Shown here one piece after another: positions 1-12,080 of a stretch of DNA of 64,000 nucleotides. How positions within the stretch are numbered: position 1 is the first letter of the stretch; the number at the start of each line of letters is the position of its first letter. The notes under the pieces are model-generated. The model was not told the origin of the DNA. It did not search any database and saw nothing but the letters and a program-made list of their open reading frames with translations. Source of the stretch: Felis catus (lineage: Eukaryota); the NCBI RefSeq assembly GCF_018350175.1, contig NC_058383.1, positions 7,504,001-7,568,000 of the forward strand, in the 5' to 3' direction. The translations under genes were made by a program, and so were the position numbers.

Positions 1-64
1 GTCTCCATGCCATAATGTATCACAATGTATCTACTTACTCAGTGTCCTATTTAAAGATGTTTAG

Positions 65-700
65 TGGGAATGCAAGCTGGTGCAGCCACTCTGGAAAACA
101 GTATGGAGGTTCCTCAAAAAACTAAAAATAGAACTACCCTAGGACCCAGAAATTGCACTACTAGGCATTTATCCACTGAATACAGGTGTGCTGTTTCGAA
201 GGGACACATGCACCCCCATGTTTATAGCAGCACTATCGACAATAGCCAAAGTATGGAAAGAGCCCAAATGTCCATCTATGGATGAATGGATAAAGAAAAT
301 GTGGTCTATATATACAATGGAGTATTACTTGTCAATCAAAAAGAATGAAATCTTGCCATCTGCAACTACATGGATGGAACTGGAGGGCACTATGCTAAGT
401 GAAATTAGAGAAAGACAAACATCATATGACTTCACTCATATGAGGACTTTAACAGACAAAACAGGTGAACATAAGGGAAGGGAAATAAAAATAATATAAA
501 AACAGGGAGGGGGACAAAACAGAAGAGACTCATAAATATGGAGAACAAACTGAGGGTTACTGGAGGGGTTTTGGGAGGGGGGATGGGCTAAATGGGTAAG
601 GGGCACTAAGGAATCTACTCCTGACATCGTTGCACTATATGCTAATTTGGATGTAAGTTTTTAAAAATAAAAAATAAAACAAGTAAAAAAATAAATAAAT
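65..700 (+). mobile_element. 5'-truncated felid/carnivore L1 (ORF2 C-terminus, 3'UTR, A-tail) inserted in an older antisense L1 remnant
   Basis: ORF2 tail CTPMFIAALSTIAKVWKEPKCPSMDEWIKKMW; TSD AAAGATGTTTAG 53-64 / AACGATGTTTAG 701-712. Confidence 0.92.
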
Positions 701-969
701 AACGATGTTTAGCTTGTTGGGGCATCACAAAGCTGCAAGGAACACCCCTAAATACAGGCCTTTGAACACTTGCCCAGCATTTCCACAGGATAAATTTCTA
801 GCATTGAAAGCACTGGGTCAAAGGGCACACCTGGGTATGTTACACTTTACAAATGCACTCCCAAAGGTTGTACCTACCTATCCTTCCACTGCTCAATTAC
901 TGGGTATTTTCCTCCACTCAGATCGGTAAAAAACCCAGCCTTTTGTTGTTTTAACCTGCATTAAAAAAT

Positions 970-970
<1 letters not shown>

Positions 971-1015
<45 letters not shown>
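971..1015. repeat. (TAGA)n microsatellite
   Basis: About 11 perfect units. Confidence 0.95.
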
Positions 1016-1017
<2 letters not shown>

Positions 1018-1145
1018 ATTAGCATCAGGGTTATGTTATCATTTTACAAAACGAATTAGAATTGCCTCTTTCCCATATTTCCCTGTGTTCTAGAATCCAT
1101 CTGGGAATTATTTGTTCTTTAAATTTTCACAAGAATTTACCCATA

Positions 1146-1372
1146 GGGACAGCTGGGTGGCTCAGTTGGTTAAGCATCTGACTTCAGCTCAGGTCGTGAT
1201 CTCACGGTTCGAGAGTTCAAGCCCCACATCAGGCTCTGTGCTGACAGCTGGGAGCCTGGAGCCTGCTTCGGATTCTGTGCCTCCCTCTCTCTCTGCCCTT
1301 CCCCTGCTCATAGTCCTGTCTGTCTTGTCTGTCTCTCTCAAAAATAAACATTAAAAAAAAATTAAAAAAAAA
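1146..1372 (+). mobile_element. SINEC_Fc-type SINE
   Basis: tRNA-like head, CT tract, A-tail; TSD AATTTACCCATA. Confidence 0.93.
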
Positions 1373-2083
1373 ATTTACCCATAAAGCCTCCTGAGCTTGG
1401 AATCTTTATGATAGGTAGTTTTTAATAGGGCTCTCATTTCCTTTTTTGTTTTTTTTTTTTAAGTTTATTTACTTTGTTTAATAATCTTTACCCCCAGTGT
1501 GGAGCTCAAACTCATGACCTAGAGACCAAGAGTCACCTGCTCTTCTGATTGAGCCAGGCCAGTGCCCCAAGAGTCCTCACTTCTTTGTTTACCTATCAGT
1601 GAAAGTGTCTTACTTCTTAACTCCATTTTCAGAAATTTTTGTTTGTTTCAGAAAATCATCCAATTCAGTTTTTTTTAAGTTTATCAACCTATAATGAGCA
1701 TACACTCACAAATGATTTCAACAAACTCTTGTTAGGTTTACAAGAGTCTTGTCTGTTTTATTTCTTTCTTGTTTTTTGTTGTTTGTTTTTCCCCTAAATA
1801 ACCACTCCCTGCACTTATTATTCTCTCTGTTGTCCTGTTTCCTAATAAATTCATTCCTACGTAGGTTTCATTAATTTTTTCCTCTGAGTTTTCTTAGGGC
1901 TGGCTTCTTTCTGGTTTTGGTACTTTTTCTAAGGAATTGACTATTCCATTCATTTTTAAAATTTCTTCTCGGAGTTCCTCCCCACCCTTAATATTCCCCA
2001 AACTAGGGAATGAGATGTGACAGTTTCATCCAAATACCTCAAGCCTCCAGAGGAGAATCTGCTAAATTCTCGTGTCTTCTCAG

Positions 2084-2278
2084 CTGCCCAGGCGACCACC
2101 AAGGGCACCACCACCGCAGCCACCATCACAGCTGACCTCAATGTCGTAGAGGACAATGGGAGCTCAGCATCTTCACCCCTGAGTGTGGGAGCTGCAGTCG
2201 GGGTGGCACTGGCTGGTGTTGTGCTCATAATAGCAGTTTTGGGACTGATTGTCTTCCTCAGGTGGAAGAGAAGCAAAG
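2084..2278 (+). CDS. PILRA: PILRA stalk/transmembrane exon
   Basis: ttctcag|CTGCCCAG...AGCAAAG|gtaagt; 195 nt, phase 1-1. Confidence 0.9.
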
Positions 2279-5200
2279 GTAAGTGGTTCTGGGCTACGCC
2301 TCCAACTTGTCCCCAAGTTTCCCAACTGAATGTTTCCTAGAATCCACCAGTATCAGAATGACCCCAGGTCATCCTACATTTAAAAATGCAGATCCCTGCT
2401 GGCCTTGAGGTCTGGGCTTGGGAATCTGCATTTTTAAAGATCTCAACAAGTGGTGTCCGTGTGTGATCCAGTTTGAGAACCACTGCTCCAGACCAGTCCC
2501 GCCCCACAAATCTGATCATTTTCTAGTTTTTGTCTCTTGACTTAATCATTTATCATCAATCTTCATCTTTTGTTTTTAATTTTTTTTTAACATTTATTTA
2601 TTTTTGAGACAGAGAGAGACAGAGCATGAACGGGGGAGGGGCAGAGAGAGAGGGAGACACAGAATCAGAAGCAGGCTCCAGGCTCCGAGCCATCAGCCCA
2701 GAGCCCGACACGGGGCTCGAACCCATGGACCGCAAGATCGTGACGTGAGCTGAAGTCAGACGCTCAACGGACTGAGCCACCCAGGCGCCCCTAATCTTCA
2801 TCTTTTGATTCACGGGGAGGGGAGGGTCAGCTCTTAGAAGAGTAAGGAGAGAGCAGAAGGGAAAGGAAGTTGGCTCAGCTCAGCAAGCATTGGTTGAGGG
2901 CTTATCTTCCAGGGTCTGGCTTATAATTGGAGATACAAGTGTAAATAAAGTGTGGGTCCTGCTTTCAAGGAACTCAGTGGCAGAGGGAGAGGAAAGGAGG
3001 TGACTGCCTCATTTGGAAAGAGCTGTGGTAGTCTAGGACAGAGGAGGGGAATCATGGAGAACTTCCCATAGGAAGTGACACTACAGAAAGTCTCAAAGAG
3101 TATAAGAGAATTAGCTAGGCAAGTGGTGAGGGTGGTGAAGATGTCACTGTCCCTGCAGGTACAGAAAAGCAGTGGGAGAACTCTAAGCAGCTCCATGCAG
3201 TGGAGGAGGCTAGAGATGGGAGAAGAGAACCTCGTAAATCACACCCAAGAGCCTCTGCTCCTAGAGGCAACGTGAAGCAGTTCTCCATCCAGATACATCT
3301 GGGATGGAGGCGCCAGAGGTGGGCCAGGCCAATCTAAGGCAGTAGCAGTGTGGGTGGAGGGATAGAGCCAGACTCTGGAAGAGTTCAAGAGAGAAAATCA
3401 GTAGGATTTGGTGATCAGGCTGGTACAGGGGCAAGGGAGTGGGAAGAACTTGGATGAAACCACCAAGCAAATTAGAGAATACAAGAGGTCAAAGACCATG
3501 TTTGGGGGCGGAGGGTGGGTGGGGGGTGGGGAATGATTCTTTAGCTTGGGACATGTTAGACATACCTGTGTGGCATCTGAGCCCAGAGGTTCATCAGAAA
3601 TTTGGATGTATGCATTTATAGCTAAAAGAGAGGACAAGGCTAGAGACATTAATTATTTACACCCCAACACCCTCCAATACTAATTTGAAATTCCTCTAGA
3701 GAAAGATTTCAGTGAGAGGAGATTAGCCCTATCAGATATTAAAGCACAGAGGTGAGCAGCATAGAATCTAGACCGCCTGCACTCAAATCCTGGCTGGGGA
3801 AACTCTGGTGCAGTGGTTGTATTACTCTGTGCCTCAACTTACTCATCGGTAAAATGAGAATAATAATAGTACTCACCCTGGGGGTTGTCATGACAATTAA
3901 ATGTAATTCATTGAGAACAGATCCTGGCACAGAATAAGGACTATGTGAGCACTAGCACCTGTAATTATTAAGCTGCAATAACTAAAATGATTCGATGCTG
4001 TCATATTCATACACAGATAAACCAATGTATTAAAAGAGAAAAGCCCGAATATAGGCAGGACAAACAGGTCAAAATATATTCAGGAATTTAGTAGGTTAAA
4101 ATCTGGCATTTCTAATCAATGGGGAAAGATGAGTAATTCAATACATGGTGAGGGAACAATTGAGCAGCCATCTGAGAAAATAATATTATCTCATAATTTG
4201 CACCAAAATAAATTCCATGGAGATCAAAGAGTTAAATGTGGGGGGAAGAACTCTAGCACCAGAAGAAAGCATGTGAGACTATTTTATAACCATGGAGTGT
4301 TGATGATCTCCCTATATATGACATAAACATAAAAGCCATGAATAAAAACATTGATAAACTCAAAGGTATAGGAATTGTTTTTAATTCTGCAGAGGAAAAA
4401 TCACAGTGGTTGTCTCTAGAGTGAGGATGGGGGTTAGAGATGAAGAAAAATGTGACATAGTCATTGAGGAAATGGAAGACAGTATTTAAGAATTCAACTC
4501 AGATGAGAAGCCATAAACTGTGTAAAAGCATCGCCACATGTTTTTCCTCATGCAGGTTAGAAGCCTCTGGGACTTGTTCATTAGGAGTTATGTTCACCTG
4601 CTGGCACCAGAGACCAAAAGTAACAGGGCTTAAATAAGACTGAGTTTATTGTTTTCCCTCATATAAAAGGATGAGGAAACAGATAGCAGAGGCCATTGTC
4701 CTTAGGCACTCAGACTTCTATTTTCCTGCTCACTGTCCTGGCCACTGGCTTTTATCCTGAAGGTTGCCTCATGATCCAAGATGGCTGCTCAGACTCCAGC
4801 CATTATTTCCGAATCCAGACAGGAAACAGGAGGAAGGAAGGGAAAAAAGACTATGCCACAGCTGTCTGTCCTCCTTTTAAAGAGGCTTCCTGAAAATCTT
4901 ACCTCCAACTTCCCTTTGAATCTTACTGGCTAGGATGTACTCCTGTGTCCCACATCTATCAGTAGGGCAGCATACTGCCACCCCAATTAAAATCAAGGTT
5001 CTGTAACTAAGTAAGAAGAAATGAATGGTGGGGCACCTGGTTGGCTCAGTCACTAGAGCATGTGCCTCTTGATCTCGGGGTTGTGAGTTTGAGCCCCACG
5101 TTGGGTATAGAGATTACTTAAAAATAAAAATTTTTAAAAAGTAAGAAATGAATGGATATCAGGTAGGCAAATAGCATTCTCTGCCATCAGCCACATCCAG

Positions 5201-5919
5201 AATTAGAGCTGTGTCACCTAAGTGTGGCATAAGGATAGGGGAACACAGGCAGTCAAGGAGCTAGTGAAAGGGCAGGAGTAGAGAGTAGAGGATCATCAGG
5301 GAGCTTGGACAGCCCAAAAGAAAGTGGATTATCAGAGGGTCAAAACAAAGATATACCAAACAGGCTGATGGTAAAAGAGAGCTAGAAGGAAAGAAAGTTG
5401 TAGTATAAAAATGATGCTGGCATTTAATATTTCAGAGTTCTCAATCCCAGGGATAAAAAGGAGTCCAGGGTATGGCTGAGTGGAGTGGAGGTCACTAGAG
5501 TTGGGGGGACATAGGAGTCCCATGTGTTCAGAGGGCTGTCCCTGTTGATGATGGGACCTCCCAGGATAGTGTTGGGTGGTGGAGGGGATGTCTGTGAACC
5601 AGGGGCTGATCCTTGGGAAATGCTGTAGACAGACTCAGAAGGACAGGAGGGGAGATGGTGGCAGGGGGACAGCAGAGGTTTCAGTGGCAGAGGGTGGAGA
5701 GAAACTGGCTGCAGCACAGACAGATTCCAGCCACGAGGTTCAGGAGAGGGGAGAGAAACATGGAAAGCCAGTGTATCAGGGCATGAGAGAGCTGTGAGTC
5801 TATGATAAAGGCCAAAGGAGGGGGAGGAGGAGGTGGGTGGGCCAGGGCTCAGCAGTGGAAGGAGCAGGTGGAGGGATGGGTGAGGAATTCAAGGAAGGGG
5901 AAAGGAAGCAAAGGGAAGG

Positions 5920-5964
<45 letters not shown>

Positions 5965-7356
5965 AGGCAAGAGCGATTCTCTTGATTTAGTGTTGAGGAC
6001 AACCACGGAACAGGGTTGGGCAGCCTCAGAGTGCCAGCAGGTGCCACTCAAGAGTCCCAGGTAGGTCCAACAGAGCTGTTCCGCTGCCCTGACCTGTCTA
6101 GGGGTGGTCTCAGAGCACACAGAGCAGGAAGGCAGGGAGGAGAGATGCCTTCTGTGGATGGCACCCTGACATGCTGCTGTTCCCCTACAGGTCTGCAGAC
6201 TAAAGCCAGAACCGTAGCCGGGTGAGTGCTTGTCCTGTTTGGGAAACAGGAAGGTCCTTATGGGGACAGCAGCTCTCCTCCTCACCTTCCAGTGGGCACC
6301 TCTTTTCTCAGAGCCACTTCCCTCCTCAGCTTCTAGCCTCACCTCTCTCTCCTCCACCACCAGGCCTTCTCCCTCTTTCCCTCCCTCCAGAGCTCTCTTC
6401 TTCATCCTCCCCTTTCCTCCAGCCCATCTTCCCTATTCTATTCTTTCTTTCCCTCAGCCCCTTCCCTCCCCTCTCTCCCTTCCCACCTGGGCACCGGCCA
6501 GAAGACCATCACACTTCTGATGGCTCTTCCAACAAAGCCGCTTCTCCGGGATGATCTATCTTCAAGGGAGTCTCAGGACGTCTACTGGCTACACGGCAAA
6601 CTGCCTCTCAATCTTCTCCCAGGCCTCCTGAGAGCCTCAAACCTTGGCTCACCTGAGTGTCAGGGGGTTGCAGAGCTCCCACAGAGGTTTGAACCCACTT
6701 CTGCCCAGCCTCTAATGCACTTCCCGCCCTCTCCTTCGCACACAGGGAATCGGTCCAAAACACTGAGGAGAAGTATGAGAACATCGGGATTACAGGTAAA
6801 TTCTTACTGTGACACTCCCCTCTCTCCACCTTGGTTCGCCCTTCCTCACACACCCCCTGCCCACACACCTGCCTCAGCATTCTCCTCTTTCCCTGTCCCA
6901 CCCATCCCTCTGGCCTGACCCTGGTCTTGACCTAGCAGATGATCTCACTCCCCAAGGCCCCCGTGCATCTCTCTGCCCTGGCTGACATGCCACCTGACCC
7001 CAGCACACCTTGAATTTTTCTAGGACAAAAAACAGAGCCCAAGCTGGACCCCAAGGTAAGCAGCCCAGACTAGAGCCTAAAGGAATTAAAAAGAAGATTG
7101 GAGAAGGTGGGGTAGATGGAATAGAGGAACTGTGGTGTTGGTGGGGCACTCAGTTACGGGGTTACTGCTCTAAGTTGGGTACAGCTCCCCTTCCACTCAC
7201 GCCCTTCTTCATTCTCACCAGGGTGAAGCCCAGGATGACGGTGGCATCCTCTATGCCTCCCTCACCCTCTCCAGCTCGTCACCGGCAGCCCCTCCCTGCA
7301 CCCCTTCCAAGGAGAGCCCGCAGGAGACCCTGTATTCTATCGTAAAGGCCCAGTGA
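2084..7356 (+). CDS. PILRA: Paired immunoglobulin-like type 2 receptor alpha, 3' part (signal/IgV exons lie upstream of the window). Exons 2084-2278, 6191-6221, 6746-6795, 7024-7055, 7234(or 7222)-7356
   Basis: All exons have AG/GT boundaries and consistent phases. Spliced translation gives a Thr-rich stalk, an uncharged TM (AAVGVALAGVVLIIAVLGLIVFL), then RWKRSKGLQTKARTVAGESVQNTEEKYENIGITGQKTEPKLDPK-DDGGILYASL...QETLYSIVKAQ*. This matches the recalled human PILRA tail (NTEEPYENI, DDGIVYASL, ETLYSVLKA). Convergent with ZCWPW1, as in human. Confidence 0.92.
2340..2490. mobile_element. MER5-like hAT fragment
   Basis: atcagaat...aaaaatgcagat...gaatctgcattttta...agtttgagaaccactg. Confidence 0.65.
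2575..2791 (-). mobile_element. Young SINEC_Fc-type SINE
   Basis: Reverse-strand SINE with retained CpGs; TSD AATCTTCATCTTTTG. Confidence 0.93.
3740..3960 (+). mobile_element. MIR fragment
   Basis: MIR core ctctgtgcctcaacttactcatcggtaaaatgagaataataatagtac. Confidence 0.75.
5923..5962. repeat. (GA)n microsatellite
   Basis: Perfect dinucleotide run. Confidence 0.95.
6191..6221 (+). CDS. PILRA: PILRA 31-nt cytoplasmic exon
   Basis: cctacag|GTCTGCAG...GCCGG|gtgagt; GLQTKARTVAG. Confidence 0.85.
6746..6795 (+). CDS. PILRA: PILRA 50-nt cytoplasmic exon (YENI motif)
   Basis: cacacag|GGAATCG...TACAG|gtaaat; ESVQNTEEKYENIGIT. Confidence 0.88.
7024..7055 (+). CDS. PILRA: PILRA 32-nt cytoplasmic exon
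   Basis: ttttctag|GACAAAA...CCCAAG|gtaagc; GQKTEPKLDPK. Confidence 0.88.
7234..7356 (+). CDS. PILRA: PILRA last coding exon with ITIM (ILYASL) and ITSM-like (TLYSIV) motifs
   Basis: Frame ends at TGA 7354-7356. A second in-frame acceptor 12 nt upstream would start the exon at 7222. Confidence 0.88.
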   Translation, partial: DDGGILYASLTLSSSSPAAPPCTPSKESPQETLYSIVKAQ

Positions 7357-7532
7357 GCGGGACTGAATGGGGACTCCCTGAGACTAAGCTGCACAGAAGG
7401 TCACAGCTTCTAGTAATAACCCTGGCCAGACACAGACAAAAGCCAGTGGGTGTGGAAGGCCACCAAGGACCAGAGAGAAACAGAGCCATCTGCTTCCATT
7501 CCCTCTTCAACTGCCCAGCCCTTGCCCACAAA

Positions 7533-7538
7533 AATAAA
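7533..7538 (+). terminator. PILRA polyadenylation signal AATAAA
   Basis: Canonical hexamer about 180 nt after the stop codon. Confidence 0.7.
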
Positions 7539-8115
7539 AGTACTAGTAGGATTTGCTGAAGGCACCTAAGGAGAAACTGATGGCATCTTCTGTCTTTTCC
7601 TTCTCGCCAAAAATGAGCTGTGAAAGTAGCTCACACCCAAGATCCCTCCTCCAGGGCTGGTGTTCAGTGACTGCCTTCAGGCCAGGTGGGGGACACCAAA
7701 CACTGGCAGCCAGCCCAGAGCCCAGACTCTGCCCCCTTATCTAACCATTCTACTTCTGCTACCATAACATGTACCGCGTTAAGTGCATCACTCATGTAAG
7801 CATCACCAACAACCTTATACAGTCCTGGATGCACTCACCGGAGGCATGAAGAGAAGACCCAGAATGGTTAGTGCTTTTCTCAAGGCCACACACCTAGTAA
7901 GTGGCTGAGCCAGGTCTGAACCCAGACCTGCCCTTCTCGACGGCCTCCTTCCAGGACTTGGGTCTCACTGCCTTCCCAGATCCCTGTACTGTGCCGGCCT
8001 CCCACCAGAAACAGGGACATGCCACAGGGACCGGGGTGGGGGGGGGGGGTGGGGAGAGAAGCCAAGGGAAGCATGTGGTTAGAGACGAATGGAACCACTT
8101 AAGCCGGTAACCTGT

Positions 8116-8121
8116 TTTATT
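8116..8121 (-). terminator. ZCWPW1 polyadenylation signal AATAAA
   Basis: tttatt on + strand, about 140 nt past the ZCWPW1 stop. Confidence 0.7.
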
Positions 8122-8262
8122 AACACATAAACTGCAGAGCCGTGACTTTAGCCAATTGACCTGTAGCTGAGGAACAAACCCCACACTTAGTAGCTTCCCA
8201 GGGACCCTCTGAGGGGCTCTCTCTGCTGCTCCTGTGGAAGCGGGTGAGGCAGGAGCACACAG

Positions 8263-8570
8263 CTATTCCTCAAAGAAGGTCGTGGTGAACTCCCCAGGGT
8301 CATCTCCACACTGTGGCTCCTCCAGCTGCTCCGGCTCTTCTCCAACATCTTCCAGGAGTTGCTCCAGGTCCAGGTCACTGGAGGCTTCATCGTCATGGAG
8401 GACACTTCCAGCCTCCTGAGGACACTTTGAGCCTTCTTTCCCCACCATGGGACAAGCCCCAAGACGAGCTGGTGGGGTCGGGCCCTTTGGCTCCATCCTA
8501 GCTTCTTTGTCCTCAGGGAAGTTGGTTCCTGCAGCTTTGCTCTGGGGAGCTTTAAATTTTTTCTTAGGGC
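8263..8570 (-). CDS. ZCWPW1: ZCWPW1 last coding exon
   Basis: [13 protein letters not shown]...[17 protein letters not shown]...FFEE*. Confidence 0.93.
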
Positions 8571-9410
8571 CTGGATGAAAAAGTGATAAAACTGAGAGCC
8601 CTATTAGGCCATCTGTCCTGGCTTTTTACAAGTCAAACCCCTACATTCCTATTTACAAAAATATCTCTAGGAAATATGATCTTTCTCAATAGAAATAAAA
8701 TGGGCTTTGAAGTCAGAAAGACCTGGATTCTAGCCATATGCTAGTCATATGCCTGTCATGGGTCTTCAGCAAATTATAAACCCTTTGGGCCTCAATCCCC
8801 TTATCTCTAAAATGGCAAATGTCCAGTCACAGAGATATTGAAAGATTCAAGGGAGCCAGCAAATGTCTATCTAGCCAGCCCACAGCAATACTCGATAAAT
8901 GTCTGTTCCCCCCTCCTCACCATTCTCCTGTGCTTGGATCAAATCAAACGAATAACCATTATGTTTCTACAGTGTGTACTGCACTCTACCATCTGAGATG
9001 CTTAATTCTTATTCTTTTTAAAAGTAACAAAAAGATATAAAGTTAAGAAACGATCCAGGGAAGGGAGACACAGACTTGAACCTCATTTCCCATAGTTTTT
9101 CCCAGGACTTGAGCCTTACCTGGCTGGTCAGGCTCTGAATTCCTGTGTCCTTCTTTCCTTCCCATTATGCGTACAGGCGTTGCTGCAGATTCATTTCCCA
9201 GAGATCTCTTCGTTGTCTTCCTTTGCAGGATCCCATCTCGTCCATCTGCTATGCCTGCATCACCCCCACCAACAACCATGAAGGACATTTGTTTATTTCT
9301 CTCTAAATGACAGCTCGGCAAGGGTCCATAGACTTCCCACAGTTAGTCTGTGCCCCACATCCTCTGCTCATTCTCAATCTAGTGACTTTTTTTGGTTCCT
9401 TCCTTTTCCC

Positions 9411-9481
<71 letters not shown>

Positions 9482-12018
9482 GTCTCTCTTGTTGTTGTTT
9501 GTTTGTTTGTTCTGGATCTTCTTCTCTATATATTTTTCCTCATAGACTGCCTTCTCCAGGAAGCCATCCTTCTTGGCTAAGAATTTAAGACATTCATTCC
9601 ACCTTTAATCTAATATTTTATAATCAGTGCACAGAAGTGAGGAGATGTACTCGCTTGGCAGAGGACAGCTTCCCTGATGACACAGTAGGAGCCTTGACCA
9701 TTTTTGCAGATTTTAAAGCTGAGACAGGCAGTAAGATCCTGTGACCTGCAGACCCTTCCCATTGCCTATTTCTGCCCTGCCTTAATGGTAGCACATACCT
9801 GTTCCCAGCTGGCTTGCTTACCTCTTGCCTTGGGGTTTTTTGTCTGAATTTTGGCTGGCTTGGGACTGGGCAAAGGTGAGTCCTGAAAATGGGAGAGAAA
9901 AATAAGAAAATATAAATTAAGTCACATAATTGTGCTTTTAATAGAGTGGGATGCTACAGAAATGATGGGTGGGGTAAGGGAAATCAAATTGGATTCTGTG
10001 AGCCTGATACTGTTTAAATCAATGACAACAAAGATAAAAATGTTCATCTTTCCCAGGGTACCTGGGTGGCTCAGTCAGTTAAGCATCCAACTTCAGTTCA
10101 GGTCATGTTCTCATGGTTTGTGAGTTTGACCCCCGAGTTGGGCTCTGTGTGACAGCCCAGAGCCTCAAGCCTGCTTCAGATTCTGTGTCTCCCTCTCTCT
10201 CTCTCTGCCCCTCCCCTGCTTGTGCTCTGTCCCTCAAAAATAAACTTTAAAAGAAATTTTTTTTTAATGTTCATTCTTCCCATTCTATTTGATATTAGTC
10301 AGTATAAGGCTTTATGTACAAGAGAAGGAAATAAAGCTAGGCCATTAGCATGGCCTGGTAAATTAGGGGCACATGGGTGGCTTAGTCAGTTAAGTGTCCA
10401 ACTCTTGTTTTTGGCTCATGTAATGATCTCATGGTTCATGGAATTAAGCCCCATGTCGGGCTCTGTGTTGACAGCACAGAGCCTGTTTGGGATTCTCTCT
10501 TCCCACCCCCTCTATGCCCCTCCCCTGCTCGTTCGCTTGTTCTCTCTCTCTCTCAAAATAAATAAATAAACTTTTAAAAATGCTGTAATAGAAATGAAAA
10601 AAAATGCCTTTGATGGGCTTATTAGTAGATGGAACACAGACAAGGAAAGAATCTCTGCACTTGAGGATATCTCAACAGAAACCTTCAAAGCTGAAAAGCA
10701 AAGGGAACAAAGAATGAAAAAAAAAAAAAAGAACAGCATATCCAAGAATTGTGAGACAACTATAAAATGCATAATATATGCACAGTGGGAATACCAGAGA
10801 AGAAAAAAAGAAAGAAACCGGGGCACCTGGGTGGCTCAGTCGGTTGAGCCTCCGACTTTGGCTCAGTCATGATCTCACAGTTTGTGGGTTCGAGCCCCGC
10901 ATCAGGCTCTGTGCTGACTGCTTGCTCAGAGCATGGAGCCTGCTTCGGATTCTGTGTCTCCTTCTCTCCCTGCCCCTCCCCCACTCGTGCTTTGTCTCAC
11001 TCTGTTTCTCAAAAATAAATAAATGTAAAAAAATAATAATAATAAAAAAAGCAAGAAACCCAAGAAATATTGAAAACAATAATGACTGAAAAGTTTCTCA
11101 AATTAACGTCAGACACCAAACCACAGATTCAGGAAGCTCAGAGAACACCAAGAAGGATAAATGCCCAACAACTATACCTAAGCATATTATTTTCAAACTA
11201 CAGAAAATCAGAGATAAAGAAAAAGCCTTGAGGATTAAGGTGCACCTGTTGTGATGAGCACCAAGTGATGTACAGAAGTGCTGAGTATAATAATGTGTAC
11301 CTGAAACTAATATTACACTGTATGTTAACTAACTGGAATTTAATAACTTAAAAAAAGAAAAAGAAAAAAAAGAAAAAGCCCTGAAAGAAGCCAAAGGAAA
11401 AGAACACCTCACCTGATATGCTAAGGAAGGGGAGAAAATGGAATTATATAAGGTGCTCGATTAAAACCACTTAGGGCAGAAAAAGAGTGGAAGACAAAAA
11501 TAGGAAGAAAGAACAAGGGCAACAAATAGAAAACAGTAACGAATATTATAGATATTAATCCAACTATATTAATAATTACTGTGAATGTCAATAATCTAAA
11601 AGCACCAATTAAAAGACACAGATTATCAGGATTAAAAAACAAGACCCAGCCATATGTTGTCTACAGGAAGTCTACTTTAAACATAAAGCTATAGGGGCAC
11701 CTAGGTGGCTCAGCTGGTTAAGCGTCCGACTTTGTCTCAGGTCATGATCTCACAGTTTGTGGGTTCAAGCCCGCGTCGAGCTCTGTGCTGACAGCTCAGA
11801 GCCTGAAGCCTGCTTTGGATTCTGTGTCTCGCTCTCTCTCTGCCTCTCCCCTGCTCATGCTCTGTCTCTCTCTGTCTCAAAAATAAATAAAACATTAAAA
11901 AAATTTTAAACATAAAGCTATATATATATATATATATATATTTAAACATAAAGCTATATATATATATATATTTAAACATAAAGCTATATATATATATATA
12001 TATATTTAAACATAAAGC

Positions 12019-12080
<62 letters not shown>

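Noticed and set aside
188..499. 103-aa ORF
   Set aside because: C-terminal remnant of L1 ORF2, not a host gene.
5800..6405. 201-aa minus-strand ORF
   Set aside because: Driven by (GA)n and purine/pyrimidine tracts inside a PILRA intron.
11905..12045. Repeat-spacer-like pattern
   Set aside because: The spacers are only (TA)n and the repeat is a SINE TSD in eukaryotic DNA, so this is not a CRISPR array.
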